A stretch of 64,000 bases of DNA, from the NCBI GenBank assembly GCA_045126215.1, contig JBGVOD010000051.1, forward strand, positions 1,615 to 65,614, given 5' to 3'. How positions within the stretch are numbered: the first letter of the stretch is position 1; every line of letters begins with the position of its first letter. A program made the translations under genes and the position numbers. Below the pieces are notes generated by a model. That model did not search any database, was not told the DNA's origin, and saw nothing but the letters and a program-made list of their open reading frames with translations. Positions 55,927 to 64,000 of this stretch are shown here, piece by piece. The stretch comes from Lachnospiraceae bacterium. GTDB taxonomy: Bacteria; Bacillota; Clostridia; Lachnospirales; Lachnospiraceae.

Positions 55927-57684
55927 ATGAATATTGCAGGAATATATCACAGAACAGATGAAAATTATTGTTATCCATTGGATGAAAACAAACTCTTGAT
56001 TTCTATCAAGACAGGTATAGAGGTTGATAGAGTAGTATTATATCATGGGGACCCTTTTTCACATGGAATTGCAGGAAGTAATCAGAACTGGACAGGAGAA
56101 GCTGTCTTAATGGAAGATTGCACAAGATTGAAATATCATAAATTATGGAAGTGCATTTTAGAGCCACGATTTAAGAGAGAAAAGTATTATTTTGAGATTC
56201 ATAGTGGGGATGAAGTGATTTGCATGATGGAAGATGATTTTTATGATTTGGAGCATATGAATTCCACAGGAGCATCAGGTCAATATTTTACTTTTCCATG
56301 GTTGAATGATTCTGATGTTGTAAGAGTTCCGGAATGGGTAAAAGACAGAGTATGGTATCAGATATTTCCAGAAAGGTTTTGTAATGGAAATCCATCAAGG
56401 AATAATAAATATGTTAAAAGATGGAAAAGTGAACCAGTGAACCATTTTGACTGGTATGGTGGAGATTTAGAAGGTATTATTTCTAAACTGCCATATCTTA
56501 ATGAACTTGGTATTACGGGATTATACCTGAATCCTATTTTTTTAGCTGAATCAAATCACAAGTATGATACAACTGATTATGAAATAGTTGATCCCGGCTT
56601 TGGCGACGATGAAGTATTAAGAGAACTGGTTGATAAGGCTCATCACTTGGGGATTGCTGTTATGCTTGATGGGGTTTTTAACCATTGTGGCAGGAAAAAC
56701 AAGATATGGCTTGATGTATTGGAAAAAGGAAAAGAGTCTGAATACTATGATTGGTTCTATATAAATAAATGGCCGATTGACAGAAATAAAAGAGATACAA
56801 AGGATGGAGAATTTTTCTCATTTGCTTTTGCAGCATCGATGCCAAAATTAAATACAAATAATCCAAAAGTTGTAGATTATATAACAAATGTTTGTAAGAA
56901 CTGGATTAAAAAATATGGTATAGATGGTATTAGATTTGACGTTGGAAATGAAGTATCCCATACATTCCTTAAACATTTGAATCACGAGCTTAAAAAGATT
57001 AAACCTGAGATATATCTTATGGGTGAAATATGGCATGATTCAGAAAGCTTTCTTAAGGGAGATGAATATGATGCTGTTATGAATTATCCATTAGTTAATT
57101 CTGTATCTGAATTTTGGTATAACGAAAAGTTTAACAGAGTAGATTTTGAATATGCATATAACAGATGCTATAACTTGTACAGAAAACAGCAGATGGAAGT
57201 TGCATTCAACCTATTTGATTCACATGATACAGACAGGATAATGCACAGGGTAAAAGGAGACTTTGATAAACTGTACCAGCAGATGGTTTTATTATTTACT
57301 GTAGCAGGTAGTCCTTGTATATATTATGGTACAGAGATTGGACTTGAAGGTGGATTTGATCCTGACTGTAGAAGATGTATGCCTTGGGAAGACATTGATG
57401 CAGGAAAGTATAATGATCGAATCAATATGATGAAACATTTGATATATCTAAGAAAAAATATCGAAGCATTTAGAGAATTTGAAATTGAATTTGTGAAAGA
57501 TATTGAAAATGATAAGGTTTTGCATTATAAAAAGTCAGATAAATATGGACATATTTATCATATTATATTAAACTGTTCGAGTGATGATGTTGAAATTGAT
57601 ATATGCAGTAATATACTACTTGCAAATAGATATACAGACAAAAAATTACTAAAGAACGGAGCAGTTATTTATGAAGAGAATTAA
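55927..57684 (+). CDS. GH13 alpha-glycosidase (cyclomaltodextrinase/neopullulanase-like, cytoplasmic)
   Basis: N-terminal cyclomaltodextrinase-type domain, catalytic regions DGVFNH, GIDGIRFDVGNEV, EIWH and FNLFDSHDTDR. No signal peptide. Confidence 0.88.
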   Translation: MNIAGIYHRTDENYCYPLDENKLLISIKTGIEVDRVVLYHGDPFSHGIAGSNQNWTGEAVLMEDCTRLKYHKLWKCILEPRFKREKYYFEIHSGDEVICMMEDDFYDLEHMNSTGASGQYFTFPWLNDSDVVRVPEWVKDRVWYQIFPERFCNGNPSRNNKYVKRWKSEPVNHFDWYGGDLEGIISKLPYLNELGITGLYLNPIFLAESNHKYDTTDYEIVDPGFGDDEVLRELVDKAHHLGIAVMLDGVFNHCGRKNKIWLDVLEKGKESEYYDWFYINKWPIDRNKRDTKDGEFFSFAFAASMPKLNTNNPKVVDYITNVCKNWIKKYGIDGIRFDVGNEVSHTFLKHLNHELKKIKPEIYLMGEIWHDSESFLKGDEYDAVMNYPLVNSVSEFWYNEKFNRVDFEYAYNRCYNLYRKQQMEVAFNLFDSHDTDRIMHRVKGDFDKLYQQMVLLFTVAGSPCIYYGTEIGLEGGFDPDCRRCMPWEDIDAGKYNDRINMMKHLIYLRKNIEAFREFEIEFVKDIENDKVLHYKKSDKYGHIYHIILNCSSDDVEIDICSNILLANRYTDKKLLKNGAVIYEEN

Positions 57685-58849
57685 AGCTACTATTGCGAAT
57701 TGTTCTTTTCTTATTATGATTATTATGACTGCCATCTTTACTGTTGGTTGTAAAGATGATGCAGTCATTTTAAATGATAAGGAAACAACAGTCACAGAAT
57801 TGAAGGATAATATACCAGACAATGAGAATACGACTTCAAAAGATGATGTTACAACAGAAAGTCAGCAAGAAACAGAAACTACACAGAGGTATATTCCAAT
57901 ATCCCTTGCAGTAGTTGGAGATGTAGATATGTCTGACAGGATAGATACAGCATATAAAGAATCTGGATTGCAGGGTGTATTATCAGACAACATCATAAAT
58001 GTATTCCAGAATTCTGATATTACAGCAATCAATCATGAGTATGTCGCTTCTGATCATGATGATTCCCATAAGGTTGATTATGAACTTTGGTATTATAAAC
58101 ATCCAACATATAGAGAACAATATCTAAAGGAAATGGGTGTTGATGTGGTAACACTTGCCAATAACCATACAATGGATTATGGAGAAGAAGGCTTAATTGA
58201 CACAATGGAAGCTCTTAGAAATGTTGGAATATCGTATGTTGGTGTTGGAAAAGATTTGAATGAAGCAAAGTCAGCATATATACGTGAGATAAATGGAAAG
58301 AAGATTGCTATTGTTGCTGCAAACAGAGTTGTTCCAAGAGTTGACTGGTATGCAGGGGAGAATAAAGCAGGTCATATGACAACATATGAAGGAACTGACA
58401 GATATGGAATTATCAAGGACGAAATCTCTCGATTAAAGAATGATGAAAAGTGTGATCTTGTGGTAATGCTTGTACATTTTGGAGAAAATCAGGATCCTGA
58501 AATAAAGGATTATGAATATAACTGTGCTCATGGTTATGTTGATGCAGGAGCAGATGTTGTAATTGGAACACATACACATACTTTACAAGGGGCTGAAATA
58601 TATAATGGTAAATATATATTCTATGGTGTTGGTAATTTTATGTTTGAAGGATATGCTGTTGATACAGTAGTTGTGCAACTTTATTTGTGTGAAGACAATA
58701 CTGTAATCGCGAAGCTGATGCCATGTAAGAGTCAGGGTTTTAAAACCTGGGATGTTGAAGGATATGAAGCAAGGCAAATATTTGATACAATTACTGAAAT
58801 GTCAGTCAATGTTTCTATATCTGATGAAGGTATCGTAATGAAAAAATAA
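57671..58849 (+). CDS. CapA/PGA_cap-family metallophosphatase-like lipoprotein
   Basis: Lipobox FTVGC and CapA-type motifs (VGDVDMS, TLANNHTMDYG, GTHTHTLQG). Confidence 0.8.
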   Translation: MKRIKATIANCSFLIMIIMTAIFTVGCKDDAVILNDKETTVTELKDNIPDNENTTSKDDVTTESQQETETTQRYIPISLAVVGDVDMSDRIDTAYKESGLQGVLSDNIINVFQNSDITAINHEYVASDHDDSHKVDYELWYYKHPTYREQYLKEMGVDVVTLANNHTMDYGEEGLIDTMEALRNVGISYVGVGKDLNEAKSAYIREINGKKIAIVAANRVVPRVDWYAGENKAGHMTTYEGTDRYGIIKDEISRLKNDEKCDLVVMLVHFGENQDPEIKDYEYNCAHGYVDAGADVVIGTHTHTLQGAEIYNGKYIFYGVGNFMFEGYAVDTVVVQLYLCEDNTVIAKLMPCKSQGFKTWDVEGYEARQIFDTITEMSVNVSISDEGIVMKK

Positions 58850-58972
58850 TTTTAAAAATTTGTGTAGGAAAAGAATAGAAATACAGTGATTATGTGGAGT
58901 TGTAAGCTTGCGCTAATCATCTGATTATGATACAATAATATGACGTGTATTATACTTTGAAAGGGTGCGAAG

Positions 58973-59980
58973 ATGGATAATTCGAACAAAAGCCTTAGCA
59001 ATAACGATAGACGTGCAAGAATAAACAAAATGAAAAAAGCTATAGTAATTATTGCGATATCATTGATTATTATTCCTATAGTACTATGTATAATATTGAC
59101 AGCAAAAGTATGTTCTCTGGAAAACAAACTGGATGAATTGATTGCCAAAAAGGATGCTTTTGATGAATTTTATGAGATAGACGAGAATGGTAAAATTCAT
59201 CTTAAGGAAGTATCTGAAAATGCAGTTAATAAAGAAACAACAGAAAATAAGGAACCTGATAGTACATCAAATAATCAGGAAGATGCCGGAAACACAGAAG
59301 AAGACACCACTCTTAGTGAAGAAGAAATGAAAGAGCTACAGAGCAAGAGAGGATATGGTAAAGTAGTATGTCTTACTTTTGATGACGGACCAAGCGCTAA
59401 TACACAGAAGATATTAGATATATTAAATCAATATAATGTTAAAGCGACGTTTTTTGTGGTTGCAAAGACTGATGAGGAATCTTTATCAAGATACAGGGCT
59501 ATAGTTGATAGTGGTAATACAATAGCACTTCATTCGTATACGCACGATTATTCAAAGATATATGATAACATAGAGGCATATATTGAAGATGTTACAAAGA
59601 TACATGACTTAGTATACGAAGTAACAGGAGTAGATTCAAAAATATACAGATTTCCGGGAGGAAGTGCAAATTCTAGCGCAAAGATGGATGTTCACGAATG
59701 CATAGATTATTTAAATAGTCAGGGATATACATACTATGACTGGAATATTTCAAGTGGTGATGCATCTCCTGCATTGCAGACGAAAGAACAGATATTGGAA
59801 AATATTAAAAAAAATCTGTATGATGTTAACACAGGCATTATTTTGATGCATGATGCAGAATATAAGCCGACTACAGTAGAGGCATTACCGGAGCTTATTG
59901 AGTTGCTTCAAAGTGAAGGTTTTGAGATAAAAGCAATTGATGACAGCGTGAAAACTGTTCAGCAGATTAAGAGTGAATAA
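58973..59980 (+). CDS. Membrane-anchored polysaccharide deacetylase (CE4/NodB)
   Basis: N-terminal TM and NodB motifs LTFDDGP, HSYTH, RFPGG and LMHD. Confidence 0.88.
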   Translation: MDNSNKSLSNNDRRARINKMKKAIVIIAISLIIIPIVLCIILTAKVCSLENKLDELIAKKDAFDEFYEIDENGKIHLKEVSENAVNKETTENKEPDSTSNNQEDAGNTEEDTTLSEEEMKELQSKRGYGKVVCLTFDDGPSANTQKILDILNQYNVKATFFVVAKTDEESLSRYRAIVDSGNTIALHSYTHDYSKIYDNIEAYIEDVTKIHDLVYEVTGVDSKIYRFPGGSANSSAKMDVHECIDYLNSQGYTYYDWNISSGDASPALQTKEQILENIKKNLYDVNTGIILMHDAEYKPTTVEALPELIELLQSEGFEIKAIDDSVKTVQQIKSE

Positions 59981-59994
59981 AATGGAGGAATAGG

Positions 59995-61020
59995 ATGAGT
60001 TTTTTAAAGGATTTTAAGGATGATTTGGCTCAGGCAGTTAATGAGCTTGTATCTGATGATGATGTCACTACAGAAGAATCAGATGAAATGGTAAATACAT
60101 TGGATGAAAGTGACTTCGATGTTGATACAATAGGTGATACTATTGGTGATGCAAAATCAACAGATGAAGATACAAAAGAAATAAGAGAAAATGTTAAGAA
60201 TAAAGAATATAAGAATTCTTCAAAAAAGAAAAATAAGGATAAGAAATATACAAAGGAAGAAGATAATATTGAAGAACTAGTGGAAAGAGAAGTACCAGAG
60301 GATGAAGAGATTCCTGTTGCATTAGATACGGATGAATTTGAGATTCCTGAAATAGCAGCGACAGAAATAGATGAATTAGCAACTATAGAAGAATCATTAG
60401 AAATAGATGAATCAGCAGCTATAGAAGAAGTAAATGACTTGGAAAAGTTAACAGAATTAGAGGAAGAAAAAATGAGCGATTTAGAAATGGTAACAGAATT
60501 AGATGAAGAGGTTAATACTCTTGTAGAAGAGACAGTAAGTGATGATGCGGATGTAGCAAGTGATGAGATTACAGAAATTACAAAAGGAACATCAATCACA
60601 GGTAGCCTTGAATCAAATGGGTCTATCAACATATATGGTAAGGTATGTGGTGATATTTCTTGTAAAGGTAAGCTTGTTGTTACAGGTAAGATCAAAGGAA
60701 CATCACAGGCCAAAGAGGTATTTGCAAATAATGCAAAAATTGAAGGTGATGTAAAGAGTGAAGGTGCTGTTAAGATTGGTAATGGTTCAGTTATCATTGG
60801 TAACATTTTTGCAACAAGTGCAGTAATTGGCGGTGCAATTAAAGGTGATATAGATGTTCAGGGACCTGTTATTGTAGATGGTACTGCTGTTATTCAGGGC
60901 AATATCAAGTCAAGATCAGTTCAGATAAATAATGGAGCTGTAATCGAAGGTTTCTGCTCACAGTGCTATGCTGAAATTGATTACAAGTCATTATTTGATG
61001 ATACATTCTCAGATAAATAA
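59995..61020 (+). CDS. Bactofilin with about 190-aa polyacidic N-terminal extension
   Basis: C-terminal beta-helical bactofilin repeats (GSLESNGSINIYGKVCGDISCKGKLVVTGKIKG..IEGDVKSEGAVKIG..). The N-terminal half is D/E-rich. Confidence 0.85.
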   Translation: MSFLKDFKDDLAQAVNELVSDDDVTTEESDEMVNTLDESDFDVDTIGDTIGDAKSTDEDTKEIRENVKNKEYKNSSKKKNKDKKYTKEEDNIEELVEREVPEDEEIPVALDTDEFEIPEIAATEIDELATIEESLEIDESAAIEEVNDLEKLTELEEEKMSDLEMVTELDEEVNTLVEETVSDDADVASDEITEITKGTSITGSLESNGSINIYGKVCGDISCKGKLVVTGKIKGTSQAKEVFANNAKIEGDVKSEGAVKIGNGSVIIGNIFATSAVIGGAIKGDIDVQGPVIVDGTAVIQGNIKSRSVQINNGAVIEGFCSQCYAEIDYKSLFDDTFSDK

Positions 61021-61061
61021 TCTTAAAAGTTGATTAGAATACATGAAAGGATTAAGAAACA

Positions 61062-61769
61062 ATGGGAGAATATAAGAGAGTACTTTTAAAACTCAGTGGT
61101 GAAGCACTTGCCGGTGACAAGCATTTTGGTTTCGATGAGGAAACTGTCGTAGGAGTGGCAAAACAGGTAAAGGTATTAGTTGACAAAGGAATTGAAGTTG
61201 GTATTGTTATTGGTGGCGGAAATTTCTGGAGAGGTAGAAGCAGTGAAAAGATTGACAGAACAAAGGCTGATTCTATAGGAATGTTAGCTACAGTTATGAA
61301 TTGTATATATGTGTCTGAAATATTCAGAACAGAAGGTATGAAGACACAAGTTTTAACACCTTTTGAGTGTGGTTCATTTACAAAGCTTTTTTCAAAAGAC
61401 AGAGCAAATAAATATTTTGAAAAGGGAATGGTAGTATTCTTTGCTGGTGGAATTGGTCATCCATATTTTTCAACAGATATGGGTACAGTTTTAAGAGCTA
61501 TTGAAATTGAAGCTGATATTGTGTTATCAGCTAAATCAATTGATGGTGTATACGATAAAGATCCGGCAAAATATCCTGATGCAAAGAAGTTTGATGAGAT
61601 TTCAATAAAAGACGTAATTGATAACAAGCTTGGCGTCATTGATTTAGCAGCATCTGTACTTGCAATGGAGAATAAAATGCCAATGTTAATTTTTGGTTTA
61701 AATGAAAAAGATAGTATTATTAATACAGTTTCCGGAAAATTTACCGGAACAAAGATTACTGTAGAATAA
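61062..61769 (+). CDS. pyrH: UMP kinase
   Basis: KRVLLKLSGEAL and GGGNFWRG motifs. Confidence 0.97.
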   Translation: MGEYKRVLLKLSGEALAGDKHFGFDEETVVGVAKQVKVLVDKGIEVGIVIGGGNFWRGRSSEKIDRTKADSIGMLATVMNCIYVSEIFRTEGMKTQVLTPFECGSFTKLFSKDRANKYFEKGMVVFFAGGIGHPYFSTDMGTVLRAIEIEADIVLSAKSIDGVYDKDPAKYPDAKKFDEISIKDVIDNKLGVIDLAASVLAMENKMPMLIFGLNEKDSIINTVSGKFTGTKITVE

Positions 61770-61812
61770 TCATTATAAATAAAAAGAATATAAAAATTGA
61801 GAGGATAACAAA

Positions 61813-62367
61813 ATGGACGAGAGATTATTAGAATTTGAAGAAAAAATGGAAAAATCATACGATGCATTACTTAATGAATTTGCAACAATCAGAGCAGGAA
61901 GAGCTAACCCACATATGTTAGATAAGTTAAGAGTTGATTATTATGGAACACCAACTCCATTCCAGCAGGTTGCAAATGTTTCTGTACCAGAAGCAAGAAT
62001 GATTCAGATTCAGCCTTGGGAAGCAAGTCTTATTAAGGAAATTGAAAAGGCAATTGTTAATTCAGATTTAGGTCTTACACCAAATAACGACGGTAAAGTT
62101 GTTCGTATTGTTTTGCCAGAACTTACAGAAGAGAGAAGAAAAGAACTTGTTAAAGATGTAAAGAAGAAGGGCGAAAACGCTAAGGTTGCAATCAGAAATG
62201 TAAGAAGAGATGCAAATGATTTATTCAAGAAACAGAACAAAGCAAATGAAATATCAGAAGACGAAGAAAAGTCATTGGAAGCTGAAGTGCAGAAACTTAC
62301 AGATAAGTTTGTAGATATGGTTGACAAGGCTATTGAAGGTAAGTCAAAAGAAATTCTTACAGTTTAA
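61813..62367 (+). CDS. frr: Ribosome recycling factor
   Basis: FATIRAGRANPHMLD and LPELTEERRKELVK motifs. Confidence 0.97.
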   Translation: MDERLLEFEEKMEKSYDALLNEFATIRAGRANPHMLDKLRVDYYGTPTPFQQVANVSVPEARMIQIQPWEASLIKEIEKAIVNSDLGLTPNNDGKVVRIVLPELTEERRKELVKDVKKKGENAKVAIRNVRRDANDLFKKQNKANEISEDEEKSLEAEVQKLTDKFVDMVDKAIEGKSKEILTV

Positions 62368-62395
62368 TTATAGAATAAATAAGATGATGTATTTA

Positions 62396-62433
62396 GGGCT
62401 GTTTTAGGGCTATTTGCTCTGACAGCCCATTTG
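62396..62433 (+). terminator. Hairpin after frr (weak terminator/attenuator)
   Basis: gggctgt..acagccc stem with a 19-nt loop, followed by atttgaag. Confidence 0.3.
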
Positions 62434-62455
62434 AAGTAGTACGCATGGAGGAAAA

Positions 62456-63211
62456 ATGGCAAAAAAAGATGAAATAGATATAAGTGGTCTTAAAGTTCCA
62501 AATCACGTTGCAATAATCTTAGATGGAAATGGCAGATGGGCAAAGAAGAGAATGATGCCTAGAAATTATGGACATAAGCAAGGCGCAAAAACAGTTGAAC
62601 AGATATGTGAAGATGCGTGGAATCTTGGAATTAAGTATTTGACAGTTTATGCTTTTTCAACTGAAAACTGGAACAGACCACAGTCAGAAGTTGATGCACT
62701 TATGAAGCTTCTTTCAAAATATCTTACAGACAGTATTGAAAGAACGTCTAAGAACAATATGAGAGTGCGTATTATTGGTGAAAAATCACGATTAGATGAT
62801 GAATTAAGAAGCAAAATAGAAGAATTGGAGAATGTTTCATCAAAGAATACAGGACTTAATTTTACTATTGCTCTTAATTATGGCAGCAGAGATGAGATTC
62901 TAAGAGCGATAAAGAATATTGCAAATGATGTAAAATCAGATACAATTTCTGCTGATGATATTGATGTCTCGTTAGTTGACAGATACCTTGATACAAAGGG
63001 TGTACCTGATCCTGATCTTTTGATAAGAACAAGTGGAGAACAAAGATTATCAAATTTTCTTTTATGGCAGCTTGCATATACAGAGTTTTATTTTACAGAA
63101 TGTTTATGGCCTGATTTTGATAAAGAGGAATTAAAAAAAGCAATATTTGCATACAACAAAAGAGATAGAAGATTCGGAAAAATAAAAGATGACACCGAGG
63201 AGGAACAGTAA
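62456..63211 (+). CDS. uppS: Isoprenyl transferase (undecaprenyl diphosphate synthase)
   Basis: HVAIILDGNGRWA, FSTENWNRP and LIRTSGEQRLSNFLLWQ motifs. Confidence 0.97.
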   Translation: MAKKDEIDISGLKVPNHVAIILDGNGRWAKKRMMPRNYGHKQGAKTVEQICEDAWNLGIKYLTVYAFSTENWNRPQSEVDALMKLLSKYLTDSIERTSKNNMRVRIIGEKSRLDDELRSKIEELENVSSKNTGLNFTIALNYGSRDEILRAIKNIANDVKSDTISADDIDVSLVDRYLDTKGVPDPDLLIRTSGEQRLSNFLLWQLAYTEFYFTECLWPDFDKEELKKAIFAYNKRDRRFGKIKDDTEEEQ

Positions 63212-64000
63212 TGGCAATCAGTAATCTTATGAATAAATCTTTTTTAACAAGGGCAATTAGTGGTATTGTACTTGTAATTATTATAGCAATAGCTGGTATT
63301 CTGGGTGGAGATGTATTGTTTGGCTTAGTTTCAGTTATATCACTTATAGGTTTGTTTGAAGTATACAGAGTTGTTGAAATCGAAAAAACTCTTTTGGCAT
63401 TATTTGGATATATTGCAACGATAGTATATTATGCATTGCTTAGATTCTATGGAACAGATTTTGTATTGCCTGTAATAATAGGCTTATTGATTTGCGTATT
63501 GTCCATATATGTTTTTACATTTCCAAAGTATAAGACTGAAAAAGTAATGATGACAATATTTGGTTTTGTATATGTTGTAATACTTATGTCATTTCTTTAT
63601 CTTATTAGAATGACAGATGATGGCATATATACATTCTGGCTTGTGTTTATTGGTTCATGGATATGTGATACATGCGCATATCTTACAGGAGTTACATGTG
63701 GTAAACATAAAATGTCACCAATACTTAGTCCAAAGAAATCTGTTGAAGGTGCAATTGGAGGTATTGTTGGTGCAATAGCTGTTGGAGCTATATATGGAGC
63801 AATAGTTGGAAATTATATCGGAAGTATTGCTAATCCGGTATTGATTTTTGCAGTAATGTCAGGTGTTGCCGGATTGGCTTCTATGGTTGGAGATCTTAGT
63901 GCATCTGCAATAAAAAGAAATTATGACATAAAAGATTATGGAAAGTTAATTCCAGGCCATGGTGGAATATTAGACAGATTTGATTCAGTTATTTTTATTG
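63211..64000 (+). CDS. cdsA: Phosphatidate cytidylyltransferase CdsA (3'-truncated by window edge)
   Basis: ATG overlaps the uppS stop by 1 nt. Polytopic protein ending in SPKKSVEGAIGG..GDLSASAIKRNYDIKDYGKLIPGHGGILDRFDS. Absent from the ORF track because there is no stop in the window. Confidence 0.93.
   Translation, partial: MAISNLMNKSFLTRAISGIVLVIIIAIAGILGGDVLFGLVSVISLIGLFEVYRVVEIEKTLLALFGYIATIVYYALLRFYGTDFVLPVIIGLLICVLSIYVFTFPKYKTEKVMMTIFGFVYVVILMSFLYLIRMTDDGIYTFWLVFIGSWICDTCAYLTGVTCGKHKMSPILSPKKSVEGAIGGIVGAIAVGAIYGAIVGNYIGSIANPVLIFAVMSGVAGLASMVGDLSASAIKRNYDIKDYGKLIPGHGGILDRFDSVIFI

Noticed and set aside
60030-60806. 258-aa minus-strand ORF antisense to the bactofilin gene
   Set aside because: It is Ser/Leu/Phe-rich low complexity generated as the antisense reading of GAA/GAT-rich acidic repeats. 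The + strand gene has a clear bactofilin domain.

Overview
Low-GC Firmicutes/Clostridia-type chromosomal segment. The species cannot be determined from this window; gene content and order look Lachnospiraceae/Clostridium-like. All 69 credible CDS are on the + strand. In order, the window holds: (1) the 3' part of a SigK-like sporulation sigma factor, an AEC-family transporter, and comM-dprA-topA-codY; (2) a ~34-kb Bacillus-style fla/che motility-chemotaxis supercluster running flgB-flgC-fliE-fliF-fliG-fliH-fliI-fliJ-ylxF-like-fliK-flgD-TIGR02530-flgE, then motA-motB-fliL-fliM-fliY-cheY-fliO-fliP-fliQ-fliR-flhB-flhA-flhF-flhG-PilZ-cheB-cheA-cheW-cheC-cheD-small membrane protein-sigD-DUF342, followed by three uncharacterised genes; (3) rpsB-tsf; (4) a ~17-kb block that separates tsf from its usual neighbours, made of a Phd/PIN toxin-antitoxin pair, potABCD, a zinc-ribbon/DUF4234 repeat protein, ilvE, queD-queE-folE-queC-queF, trpS, a GH13 glycosidase, a CapA-like lipoprotein, a CE4 deacetylase and a bactofilin; (5) pyrH-frr-uppS-cdsA (cdsA is 3'-truncated). 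I found no rRNA, tRNA, CRISPR array, transposase, integrase or recognisable defence island, so I cannot claim a new protein-based system. The signals the annotation does not explain are mostly non-coding. They are: a 228-bp long-stem inverted-repeat element with a GC-rich core where a preQ1 riboswitch would be expected ahead of the que operon; a tandem mini-palindrome repeat in the trpS leader, which has no T-box; a 116-bp hairpin after the AEC transporter gene whose mismatches are G.U-compatible only on the + strand; a terminator that sequesters the SD of the GH13 gene; and a GC-rich structured island upstream of the flgB promoter. Several proteins carry in-frame 18- or 30-bp tandem repeats (FliY linker, the DUF4234 protein, an MltG-like protein). 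All RNA and regulatory interpretations are hypotheses read by eye. No database search or folding computation was possible.
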